Source: Planctomyces sp.
Lineage (GTDB): Bacteria > Planctomycetota > Planctomycetia > Planctomycetales > Planctomycetaceae
Length of the DNA stretch: 56,640 nucleotides
NCBI GenBank assembly: GCA_013822855.1
Contig: PNLE01000003.1
Coordinates: forward strand, 1 to 56,640
Reading direction: 5' to 3'
Positions 11,112-20,168 of the stretch are shown one piece after another. The notes below the pieces were generated by a model. The model saw only the letters and a list, made by a program, of their open reading frames with translations. It ran no database searches and was not told the origin of the DNA. Position numbers and translations under genes: made by a program. Position 1 is the first letter of the stretch, and each line of letters begins with the position of its first letter.

Positions 11112-13226
11112 TTACCAGTCGATCCGCAGAATCCGCCGAAGTTCGCGGGTAATCCAGGTGAACCAGGATTCGGCGGCGGTGCGAATCTTCACGGTCGAGG
11201 GAAGTCCCACGGGGATTGGCTCATGCCCGTCCTCCAACCGGATGCGAACCTCATAGGCCCGCTGATCGGATGTGGAGATCTGCGGCCCGGTCAAGGTTGG
11301 TGAAGGGCCAGCACTTGATCCGGTTGTGACGATTGGGGAATTTGAGATCTCCGTGATCGTCCCCATGAGCAGCTGACGCGTGGCGGAAACTGGCCAGATG
11401 GCAGCCGTCTGGCCAATCGCCAGACGATTCACATCCCGCTGGCTGACGGTAGCGAGCACATCTTGTCTTAATGTGGGAGCGATCCAAGCAAGTTCGGTGC
11501 CCGCTTTCACAAATGCCGACGCATTCGTGTCGTCGAAAATCGAGCCATCCCAGGTGGGGAGGATCACGTCGGCTGCCGATGATCCGCCATTCATGGCCTC
11601 CACGCCGGCTCTGGAATGAGTTCGAGGGATGGGCAGGATCTGGCCGCTGGCGGGAGCCCGGATGACTCGACGGCGATCCTCCGCTTCCCACTTCGCAAGT
11701 TGTTGCTGGAGATCCCGGAGTTCTTCCTGGGCGGCGGGAACCAGTGACTGGGCGGTGGGATCGACGACCTGTCGCTGCTCAAGACTTTCCAGAAAGATGG
11801 TCTGCGTCGCGACACGGGCACGCTGCTCGAGGATCAGCCGCTGTTGAACCGGATCCACTAGTTCGAGAACCACGTCTCCCGCTTCAACCGTGTGGGTGCG
11901 GAGGACATTGGCGACGACGCCGTCCACCGGCGCCCTCAGCATGACCCCCTCATGGGGCAGCACTATCCCCGGGGCGACGACTGAAGATGGAAACGGCCAG
12001 AAGAGGGCCCATGCGAGCGCTCCCACCACGCCCAGGGCCAGGCAGCGGGCGCGGGTCGATCGCAGATGTTCCCGCCGCTGCGGATCGCCGAGGTATTGAC
12101 GTGTCTGCCAGATCATTGAAATTGCCATCCCCGTGACCGTCGTGAAACCCAGCGCAACGGCGATCGCATCCAGCCCCAAGGGCTTCAACCACAGATGCAC
12201 CGCCCAGATGATCGAGAAGATCAGGCCGATGCGGAACAACAGACTGGCCACGGCGTAGAGCACCAATCCCGCAGCGTTGTGAGAGTTGACTCCGCGTGGC
12301 CAGTCTCGATCAAGCCGCAGCCAGATCGAATCGATCAGACAAACGAGCGCTTGACGACTGCGTTGGGCCAGATTCGGCATGCGCAGGAGATCGGCGAGGA
12401 GGAAGTAGCCATCGTACTTCAAAAGAGGATTGCCGTTGAACAGGAACGAACTGACGCCGCAGACGAACATCAGTTGCAAGGCGATGGTCGAAGCCATCCC
12501 CGGCTCCGCCAGCCACCAGAGGAATGTGGCCAAAGAGGCGATCCAGGCTTCGATGTAAAGACCGGCGGCAGCGATCGCCATCCGTGAGCTTCTCGAAGGA
12601 AGCCGCCAGCTATCCGTCACATCGCAGTAGAGCACCGGGGTTCCGACCAGCAGCATGAGACCCAGTTCATGGCAATGGCCTCCGGCGCGGAGGCAGACGA
12701 CACCGTGTGCCAGCTCGTGAAGAATCTTCACCGCGATCAGGCAGCCGGCGAGGCTCCAGAGATCGCCGGGTTGGCTGGCTGCGAGGCGGAACCCGTGCAG
12801 CAGTTCGACCGGGTGCGTGACCACGATGGTCAGTGCGGCCAAAGCCATCAGGCATCCCGCCATCACGAGCGGCCAGGTGAAGAGCCAACCCATGAGGAGG
12901 TTGGCGACAGCCAGGAGATCGACTCCACCCAGAACGTTCGAGGGATTGATCCCCCGAAATCGAATGGCCAGCGGATTGGCCAAGGTTGCCCAGAAGCGGC
13001 GGCTCTTCAACTGCCGTGCAGCAGTGGCCATGCCCTCCCCCGAGACATCCTGGCCCAGTGCCCATTGCTGCTGCCGGGCGGATTGGATGAATTGGAGCAG
13101 TGCTTCTTCAGTCAGCGTTTCGGAGAAGCGTTGTTCGAAGTTCCGGTACAACTCGGCGGGTGGCGTCCCCTGTTCGAGTTGCTCGATGAGAAAAGCTTCG
13201 CGCTCGCCGATGAGCGAGAACTTCAT
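11112..13226 (-). CDS. Fusion protein: site-2-protease-like M50 metalloprotease membrane domain + HlyD-family periplasmic adaptor domain
   Basis: HExxH in a TM helix (KILHELAHGVV) plus a second S2P-like motif NGNPLLKYDGY. The C-terminal half has HlyD-like biotinyl-lipoyl/coiled-coil/beta-barrel segments (PVDGVV...GDVVLELVD...IRAPASGQILPIP...YEVRIRLE). The ORF track extends to 13451 and overlaps the upstream App1 gene by 130 nt. The true start is likely an internal Met (M76 at 13226, or M43/M45 at 13325/13319). Confidence 0.65.
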   Translation of the reverse strand: MKFSLIGEREAFLIEQLEQGTPPAELYRNFEQRFSETLTEEALLQFIQSARQQQWALGQDVSGEGMATAARQLKSRRFWATLANPLAIRFRGINPSNVLGGVDLLAVANLLMGWLFTWPLVMAGCLMALAALTIVVTHPVELLHGFRLAASQPGDLWSLAGCLIAVKILHELAHGVVCLRAGGHCHELGLMLLVGTPVLYCDVTDSWRLPSRSSRMAIAAAGLYIEAWIASLATFLWWLAEPGMASTIALQLMFVCGVSSFLFNGNPLLKYDGYFLLADLLRMPNLAQRSRQALVCLIDSIWLRLDRDWPRGVNSHNAAGLVLYAVASLLFRIGLIFSIIWAVHLWLKPLGLDAIAVALGFTTVTGMAISMIWQTRQYLGDPQRREHLRSTRARCLALGVVGALAWALFWPFPSSVVAPGIVLPHEGVMLRAPVDGVVANVLRTHTVEAGDVVLELVDPVQQRLILEQRARVATQTIFLESLEQRQVVDPTAQSLVPAAQEELRDLQQQLAKWEAEDRRRVIRAPASGQILPIPRTHSRAGVEAMNGGSSAADVILPTWDGSIFDDTNASAFVKAGTELAWIAPTLRQDVLATVSQRDVNRLAIGQTAAIWPVSATRQLLMGTITEISNSPIVTTGSSAGPSPTLTGPQISTSDQRAYEVRIRLEDGHEPIPVGLPSTVKIRTAAESWFTWITRELRRILRIDW

Positions 13227-13321
13227 CGTCAGCGGGTCGTGGAGGAAGCAGTCCCCGGGTTCACCTCCCGCGAAGGGAAGTCTTTGGACATCGGCCCTGA
13301 GGAAGCGGAGGCCCGCCATGA

Positions 13322-14491
13322 TCATGCCGATTCCGGAATCACGATTTGATTGGAATCGACGTGGGTGACATGCGGGTGGCTCTCGAAGTAGCGGCGTGCC
13401 TGATCGATGACATGTGGCCGCAGGACATCGGGATTCTGGTAGAGATGCCAAAGATCCGGGGGAAGGTCGGCATAAGCGGTTTGGAAACGCGGCAAATCGG
13501 GTGTCTCGCCGTTGAGCACGCGCAGATAGACACCGAGGATTTGCTGGGGATAGTCGCGCAGGACGCTGGCATAGATTTCCGGATCCTGCTCGCCGGTGTC
13601 ACCGACGAGAATGAATCTCCGGTCGGGGAAAGCGGCGAGGATCGGGTCGATCGACGTCCGTTTATGCATCATCTGCGGCGACATCTTCAGCTTGCGGGCG
13701 GAATCACGCAGGCGGAATTTCTTGAGATGGAACGAGCCGACCGGGAAGTGGTGGGTATCCCAGAAGTCCCGCAGCGGGCGGTAAAGTTGCCAAGGGCTTC
13801 CCGAGACGTAATGGAAGACAGCCCCGAGTTGGGCGAGATCGCGATAAATTGCGGGCATGCCGTCGATGGGGGCGAAGACCCGGGCGAAGGTGTTGTGGAA
13901 CAGATCCCGCCGATCGGAAACATTGCTGTGCTTCACCGTGTCGTCGACATCGGAGATGATCGATAGCCCCGCACGGTCGACGATCATGGAGACACCATCG
14001 AACTGCCGGGTGTCGGCCTCATCGAGAACGGCTTGATAGGGAACCCAAGCTCCTGGACGAAGTGGATGACCGAGAAGGGTTTCCAGATCCTTGCGGGAGA
14101 GGGTGTGGGTGCCGCTGAATAATCCCGCCGATGAGGATTTTCCCAGGGGAATCGTATCGCTACCGATGCGAACGAAGATTTGGCGGCCTTCTTCGACGCC
14201 AACCAGAAATGGTTTGAGACGGCTGCTGAAAACTTCGGAATACTCCGAACCGATCCGCATCGCCCGACGAATCGCTCCAACGATCGGGTGCCTCAACCAT
14301 GTTAGGTGAAGGTTGTACAGGCAGCCTTGAAGCGTGATCGTCCACTGGTCGCCAGTCGCGTCGGGAGCGACATACGACGGATAGAACACAATTTCCTCGT
14401 TGTGCCGAACCTCGGACGCTGTGCCGCTTTGGAAATGTCTCTTGGTTCGAAACAGCACGCGTTGCCTCACAGATCGCCCACGGGGATTCAA
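13322..14491 (-). CDS. App1-family (DUF2183) phosphatase, HAD-like DxDxT motif
   Basis: IISDVDDTVKHSNV (DxDxT), ILVGDTGEQDPEIY (HAD motif III-like). Overall resembles the App1 phosphatidate-phosphatase family. Confidence 0.6.
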   Translation of the reverse strand: MNPRGRSVRQRVLFRTKRHFQSGTASEVRHNEEIVFYPSYVAPDATGDQWTITLQGCLYNLHLTWLRHPIVGAIRRAMRIGSEYSEVFSSRLKPFLVGVEEGRQIFVRIGSDTIPLGKSSSAGLFSGTHTLSRKDLETLLGHPLRPGAWVPYQAVLDEADTRQFDGVSMIVDRAGLSIISDVDDTVKHSNVSDRRDLFHNTFARVFAPIDGMPAIYRDLAQLGAVFHYVSGSPWQLYRPLRDFWDTHHFPVGSFHLKKFRLRDSARKLKMSPQMMHKRTSIDPILAAFPDRRFILVGDTGEQDPEIYASVLRDYPQQILGVYLRVLNGETPDLPRFQTAYADLPPDLWHLYQNPDVLRPHVIDQARRYFESHPHVTHVDSNQIVIPESA

Positions 14492-15239
14492 TTACACTTG
14501 GAGGCCCGGATTCAAGAATTTGAAGTTTCCCATAAGCGGTTGGAATCAACAATCGTCATTTCCGCAACTCGACAAAATGTTGTCGAGCGCCACCTTCGGT
14601 TCACGCTGGCAAAGTGTTTGTGGACGTCAAAATCGGCGAGACGGTAATCGGCATTATTTAAAATCTGTTGTCACGCTCGTCGTGAATCACGGATCAGATG
14701 GTGGTGCCTGTGTTGCTTGGGTTTCCAAGATTGCCAGAGTTGCCAGGCAACGCTCACATTGTTTGTTATCGCACACCTGCTGAAGTTTTGGCGGAGCAAT
14801 CCGCACAGGCGTTAAATTTTGACAGCCACTGTCTTTCCGTCGCTTTTCGCTCGATAACCATCAGGGAGATCGCAAACAAACGGAACGACCTTTCATTCCC
14901 TCAATTACAGTATTCCTTAAATCACAGGGGCCTGACTTCGTCGGAGACCTTCTGGCATTTGCGGCACGAGTTGCTTCAAACGCGACCATTGCCTCCGGTG
15001 CAAACGTCAATGTCCTTTGAGGGATTCTCCAGAGACGGGTCGCCCGCTGTTGCGGTTCTGAGTTGAAGCTTCATAAAATGTGGTGTGTGAAATTGGTCGC
15101 CCGCCGCAAAGGGTGCCAGCTTTCAGGCCGTGCGGATGATTTCCGCCGGCTTCCATTGTGGTGACGGACATGGCCTCGAGTCCGTTACTGCCGGTCGTGT
15201 GAGCTGTCACAACGCGACCCGTTCCGGGGCCACGAGGGA

Positions 15240-16730
15240 TTGCTTCGGATGAGTTATCAGTTGTTGACCGGCGCGACCGGCCTGTTGGGAACCTATCTTC
15301 TCCGCGATCTGATGATGGCGGGAGTACGGCTGGCCGTCGTGGTTCGCCCCAATCGCCGGCAGAATGTTCGCCAGCGCATTGAAACACTGCTCTGCCATTG
15401 GGATGAGACGCTGGGCATCACCCTGCCACGTCCCGTGGTGCTGGAAGGCGATATCTCCCAGGCCGATCTGGGTCTGGACGGCGTGAGCATGCGTTGGGCC
15501 GCCGAGCATGTGACGGGTGTCATTCACAACGCCGCCAGCCTTTCTTTCGTGGCGACTTCGGAGGATGGCGAACCCTACCGCTCAAACATCGGCGGAACGC
15601 GAAACGTCCTCGATTTCTGCAAGACGCTCGGCGTCCGGCAATTCTTCCATGTGTCGACGGCATACATTGCCGGTCAACGCAAGGGCCGCGTCCTGGAAAC
15701 CGAAGTCGATGTCGGCCAGGAGCTCTCAAATCCCTATGAAGAGAGCAAGTTGGCTTCCGAGAAGATGGTGCGGGACTCTGAGTTCCTCGACAATCCCACG
15801 ATCTTCCGGCCTGGAATCATCATCGGCGATTCGGTCACCGGCTACACGACCACGTACCACGGCTTTTATGCGGCGTTGCAATTGTGCCATACGATCGCCC
15901 GGTCGTTCGAACCCGACGAGACGGGCCTCATCGGCGCGCAGCGGGTGCGGTTGGCGCTCAATGGAGACGAAACCAAGCATCTGGTTCCAGTCGATTGGGT
16001 TTCGGCGGTCATGGCGCATGTCATCACCCATCCGGAGCACCATGGCCAGACCTACCACCTGACACCGCAGCACCCGGTGACGGTGCGCATGATCCGCGAC
16101 GTCCTCGAAGAGACCTGCCATTTCTATGGTGCGACTCTCGAAGGATTCGGCCGGACAATCGACAACATGAGCGAAGCGGAAAGCATCTTCTACGAGCACA
16201 TCCGCGTGTACAATTCCTACTGGAAAAACGATCCCAGCTTCGACCGGACCAACACTCTTCAGGCGGCGCCGCATCTGCCGTGTCCTGCTGTTGATCGCCA
16301 TCGTCTGGTGGAACTGTCCAAGATCGTTATTCGTGATGGATTCCCGTCACCCAGCAAGCGGCCCGTCGATCCGGCGCTCGATTCGTCGTCGGTGTTCCAG
16401 CCTTTGCTTGAACAAGCCTCACGTGATTCGCAGTTCGCGGAATGCGACCGCCTGGTCAGTCTGAACCTGTTGGGAAATGGTGGTGGCCAGTGGCAGCTAC
16501 TCACCCGGCAAGGTGTCGTGGTGGGGGCGGAAGTGGGCCTGCACGACGACTCGGCGGCGGTGGTCGAAATGACCGTCGAGACCTTCGGCGAACTCATCGC
16601 GGGGCGTGCTTCGTTCGAGCAATTGCTGGCCGAGGGTCAGGTACGGCTAAGCAACGGCTTGGGGGAAGATGATTGCACAGCGGTGCTGGAGCAATTGGCG
16701 CAGCTTGATCTCGCGGGGGTGCCGAAGTAG
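15240..16730 (+). CDS. SDR-family NAD(P)-dependent reductase (thioester-reductase/epimerase-like) fused to C-terminal SCP2-like domain
   Basis: Rossmann motif TGATGLLGTYLL, catalytic YEESK (YxxxK). C-terminal ~100 aa resemble SCP2 sterol-carrier/alkyl-sulfatase C-terminal domain (ETFGELIAGRASFEQLLAEGQVRLSNG). Confidence 0.7.
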   Translation: MLRMSYQLLTGATGLLGTYLLRDLMMAGVRLAVVVRPNRRQNVRQRIETLLCHWDETLGITLPRPVVLEGDISQADLGLDGVSMRWAAEHVTGVIHNAASLSFVATSEDGEPYRSNIGGTRNVLDFCKTLGVRQFFHVSTAYIAGQRKGRVLETEVDVGQELSNPYEESKLASEKMVRDSEFLDNPTIFRPGIIIGDSVTGYTTTYHGFYAALQLCHTIARSFEPDETGLIGAQRVRLALNGDETKHLVPVDWVSAVMAHVITHPEHHGQTYHLTPQHPVTVRMIRDVLEETCHFYGATLEGFGRTIDNMSEAESIFYEHIRVYNSYWKNDPSFDRTNTLQAAPHLPCPAVDRHRLVELSKIVIRDGFPSPSKRPVDPALDSSSVFQPLLEQASRDSQFAECDRLVSLNLLGNGGGQWQLLTRQGVVVGAEVGLHDDSAAVVEMTVETFGELIAGRASFEQLLAEGQVRLSNGLGEDDCTAVLEQLAQLDLAGVPK

Positions 16731-17004
16731 CGACTTCGATGAACTGGCACCCCCATTGAAAAGCCCCACGTGCTCACACGGCGGGGCTTCCTCATTGATG
16801 GGGCTGGTTCAAGGATGGATCGAATTGTGCATGGGACACCATGGCTTTTCGTGTTTACCACGCCAACCCGCTTGCGGCTGGATTTGCTTCTCTGTCAGAT
16901 ATTCATGGCGGGCTTGCAGGCCGCTCGCCGTGTAATGGCTGGGTCCACTGGCAATCGGTGATCTGGCGTGAACTGTGATCAAGACGCTTTTGCAGGGACA
17001 AGAC

Positions 17005-18282
17005 ATGCTTTGCCATCGTTTGATGTCGGGAGTGGCCCTGGGGCTGCTCGCCATTTGCGGAACTGGCCTTTGCCGCGGTGTTGGCGCCGTGGCGGCGGAG
17101 GATGCGATCTCGACCACGCCACTGGCGGTGAAGGCGGTTCCCGCGTTTCAGAATGTCGAATGGAGTGGTTGGGAAGCTGTCGGTGAAGATGGTCGGGCCT
17201 CGGCGTTCCGCCCGATCCTGCTGACGAACTTCGGCGATGGCTCGAATCGGATCGTGGTTCCCACCCAGCAGGGTGTGGTGCATGTGCTGGAGAACACCCA
17301 GGGCAAGCAGAAGTCGCATGTCCTGTTCGACCTCAGCAAAAAGGTGGTCTACAAGGACAACGAGAACGAAGAGGGGTTTCTCGGGATGGCCTTCCATCCC
17401 AACTTTCGCGAGAACGGCGAACTTTTCGTCTACTACACCACGAAGGACGCCCCGCACACTTCGGTCGTCTCCCGCTTCAAGGCGAGTGGATCGAAGCCGC
17501 AAACTGTCGATCTCTCGACCGAGGAGGAGCTTCTCCGCATTCCCCAGCCCTATTGGAATCACAACGGCGGCACGATCGCCTTTGGTCCGGATGGTTTCCT
17601 CTATATCGCCTTGGGTGATGGCGGTAGCGGCGGCGATCCCCACAAGAACGGTCAGAACCTCGAGACGATTCTCGGGAAGATTCTCCGGATCGATGTCGAC
17701 AAGAAGGAAGGCGGCAAGGCGTACGCCGTTCCCGCCGACAATCCCTTTGTGAAGACTCCGGGAGCCAAGCCCGAGATCTACGCCTACGGGCTGCGGAACG
17801 TCTGGCGGATGGGTTTCGACAAGACGACCGGCAAGCTCTGGGCGGCGGATGTCGGCCAGAACCTTTGGGAAGAGATCAACATCATCGAAAAAGGTGGCAA
17901 CTACGGTTGGAGTATCCGCGAGGGGCTCCATCCCTTCGGCAACAACTCTGGTGCCACCAAGCAAGGTTTGATCGACCCCGTCTTCGAATACAATCACGAT
18001 ATCGGCAAATCGATCACCGGTGGCTTTGTTTATCGGGGAAGCAAGGTTCCCGAACTGCAGGGTAAGTACGTCTATGCAGACTACGTCTCGGGCAAACTCT
18101 GGGCGCTGGATTACGACGCCAAAGCCAAGAAGGTGGTCGGCAATCATCCGATCCGCAGTGAACAGCTACCAGTCGTCAGTTTTGGCGAAGACGAGCAGGG
18201 TGAAGTCTACTTCACCACGGTTTCCGGAAGCGGCAAGGGGATCTACACCTTTGTGTCCGACGCCAGTGCGTCCAAGCCGTAA
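17005..18282 (+). CDS. PQQ-dependent soluble sugar (glucose/sorbosone) dehydrogenase-family beta-propeller, secreted
   Basis: Signal peptide MLCHRLMSGVALGLLAICG. GSDH-like motifs FLGMAFHPNF, HNGGTIAFGPDGFLYIALGDGG, ILRID. ORF track start 16975; start re-placed at signal-peptide Met. Confidence 0.7.
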   Translation: MLCHRLMSGVALGLLAICGTGLCRGVGAVAAEDAISTTPLAVKAVPAFQNVEWSGWEAVGEDGRASAFRPILLTNFGDGSNRIVVPTQQGVVHVLENTQGKQKSHVLFDLSKKVVYKDNENEEGFLGMAFHPNFRENGELFVYYTTKDAPHTSVVSRFKASGSKPQTVDLSTEEELLRIPQPYWNHNGGTIAFGPDGFLYIALGDGGSGGDPHKNGQNLETILGKILRIDVDKKEGGKAYAVPADNPFVKTPGAKPEIYAYGLRNVWRMGFDKTTGKLWAADVGQNLWEEINIIEKGGNYGWSIREGLHPFGNNSGATKQGLIDPVFEYNHDIGKSITGGFVYRGSKVPELQGKYVYADYVSGKLWALDYDAKAKKVVGNHPIRSEQLPVVSFGEDEQGEVYFTTVSGSGKGIYTFVSDASASKP

Positions 18283-18549
18283 GTGGAAGTCCAGAGGTGA
18301 GTCGAGACGGGTTCGCCAGTTCGACGGTGAATGCAAATGAAAGCAAGGCTTTGGTTTGCATTCAGTCGATTTGGATTGACGGGGCATCCCATGCCAATAC
18401 AATCGGCGGGTTGCCCCGCGGTTTGAGTCGCCATCCCGGCGACTTGATCCGCAATGGGGAACGTTGTGACATTGCGGCCGAGGTCGCTGCCAGCCGGTCA
18501 AGTTGATCCGGCGGGAGCGATGACGATCGGTTGTCGGTGTGGGTGAAGA

Positions 18550-18912
18550 TTGCCAGAACTTGAGGAGTCCGCCGTCGTGCAAGTTGCCATCACGACCCGT
18601 CACGGTTCGATCAGTCCCGAAGCCCGGGAGCTTATTCGCGAGAAGTCCGAAAAGCTGCTGACCTACTTCGCCCGCGTGACCGCCATCAACGTGACCATCA
18701 GTTTCGAGCATCACCGCGCCACGGTGGAGCTTCTGGTGGATGCCGAGCACAAGCATGATTTTGTCGCCACAGAAACCGGAGATGACGTCATCCCCGTCTT
18801 CCATGCGGTGCTCCACAAGATGGAACAGCAGATTCACAAGTACAAGGAGAAGGTGCAGGATCACAAGGGGGCTCCCACCGCCGCCGATGTGGCCGCTCCT
18901 CCTGCTGAATGA
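18550..18912 (+). CDS. hpf: Ribosome hibernation promoting factor / sigma-54 modulation protein (HPF/RaiA, S30AE family)
   Basis: Typical short HPF: VQVAITTRHGSISPEARELIREKSEKLLTYFARVTAINVTI... Sits upstream of ptsN-npr-ptsI as in rpoN-region gene clusters. Confidence 0.75.
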   Translation: MPELEESAVVQVAITTRHGSISPEARELIREKSEKLLTYFARVTAINVTISFEHHRATVELLVDAEHKHDFVATETGDDVIPVFHAVLHKMEQQIHKYKEKVQDHKGAPTAADVAAPPAE

Positions 18913-19160
18913 AGCCCGAGTGTGGGTTGGTTGAACTAGGATCAGCCTGAACGATTCTCTGGCAACAATTGATTCGCCCTTGGAATCAAGCCTCGGATCG
19001 GGCGGAATCCTTGAAAGTTCCTGACCATGATGGAATTGATTTCGCCATCTGGTCAGACTGTAACAATGGCTTCATCTATTGATGGTCGAGTCGTTCCCAG
19101 GTCATCCCGGCCGCAACCAGTCGTCATGCCGGGTCAGGTTGTCCGAAGCAGAGGTGTTTC

Positions 19161-19631
19161 ATGAAGTTGTGCGACTTCGTCGTTCCCGGGGCAATTGTGC
19201 CCGATCTTCAGGCGACGACCAAAGAAGCGGCGATCCGCGCGATGGTCGTCAGTCTCTGCGAAGCGGGATCGATTCCCGCTGGCGACGAAGAGGGGATCAT
19301 CACCGCCATCCTCAAGCGTGAGGAGTTGGGTTCGACGGGGATTGGTCGTGGCGTGGCAGTGCCCCACACCAAGCATCCTTCCGTCGATCGATTGATCGCC
19401 ACAATCGCTCTTTCCCGGAGTGGCGTGGATTTTGCAAGCCTCGATGGCGAGTCCGTCTACATCATGTTCCTGCTCATCTCTCCGCCGGATCGCCCAGGTG
19501 ATCACCTGCGTGGTCTGGAGAACATTTCTCGTCATTTGCGAAACGACAACTTCTGCAAGTTCCTCAAGCAGTCGAAGACTCATGAAGATGTGCTCGAATT
19601 GCTGAAGGAAGCGGACAACAACGAGATTTAA
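19161..19631 (+). CDS. ptsN: PTS EIIA-Ntr nitrogen regulatory protein
   Basis: EIIA(Fru/Ntr) fold with active-site [11 protein letters not shown] (GIAIPH-like). Confidence 0.8.
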   Translation: MKLCDFVVPGAIVPDLQATTKEAAIRAMVVSLCEAGSIPAGDEEGIITAILKREELGSTGIGRGVAVPHTKHPSVDRLIATIALSRSGVDFASLDGESVYIMFLLISPPDRPGDHLRGLENISRHLRNDNFCKFLKQSKTHEDVLELLKEADNNEI

Positions 19632-19764
19632 TGACTCGAGAGGAGTGACCCGGCGGGATTGGTGGGGAAGGCGAGTGCTGCCTTCCGTTGCTGATTGCTA
19701 GGGAGCATGGAGAGACTCGCGACGAAGGTTTGAGTGATCCGCGTTGCTGAAAGGAGCAGCCGGT

Positions 19765-20046
19765 ATGAGCCAGATGATCCACCGCAGAACAGTGACTGTT
19801 CGCACCGAGCACGGGCTGCACTTGAGTCCTTGTTCACGGGTGGCTCAGACGGCCATGAAGTTCAGATCCAGAGTTGTGCTGGTGCGGGGTTCCGTTCGGG
19901 CCGATGCCAAGAGCGTGCTGGATCTGATGACCTTGGCCGCGGGTCCCGGTGCCGAGTTGGAGTTGGAGGTTGATGGCGACGATGCGCCTCAGGCCGTCGA
20001 TGCCATCCTTCATCTTTTCGAACATGATCTGGTCAGCGCTCCCTAG
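19765..20046 (+). CDS. HPr-family phosphocarrier protein (NPr-like)
   Basis: EHGLHLSPCSRV (GLHARPA-like His site). ATG at 19765 preceded by AAGGAG SD. The ORF track 19744 start is a TTG. Confidence 0.75.
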   Translation: MSQMIHRRTVTVRTEHGLHLSPCSRVAQTAMKFRSRVVLVRGSVRADAKSVLDLMTLAAGPGAELELEVDGDDAPQAVDAILHLFEHDLVSAP

Positions 20047-20168
20047 TAAGCGAAGCCTTGTTGGTGAGGTCGGCCGTTCGAATCTGTGATTCATCGGCTT
20101 GTTTGCTGATCAGCCACGTGAATGATCAACAAAACGTGGATGAGTGAAGACGGGGAGGAATCTGCCGC

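Noticed and set aside
12669-13368. 226/183-aa + strand ORFs
   Set aside because: Antisense to the M50-HlyD gene.
16903-18147. 414-aa minus-strand ORF
   Set aside because: Antisense to the PQQ-dehydrogenase gene, which has clear family motifs.
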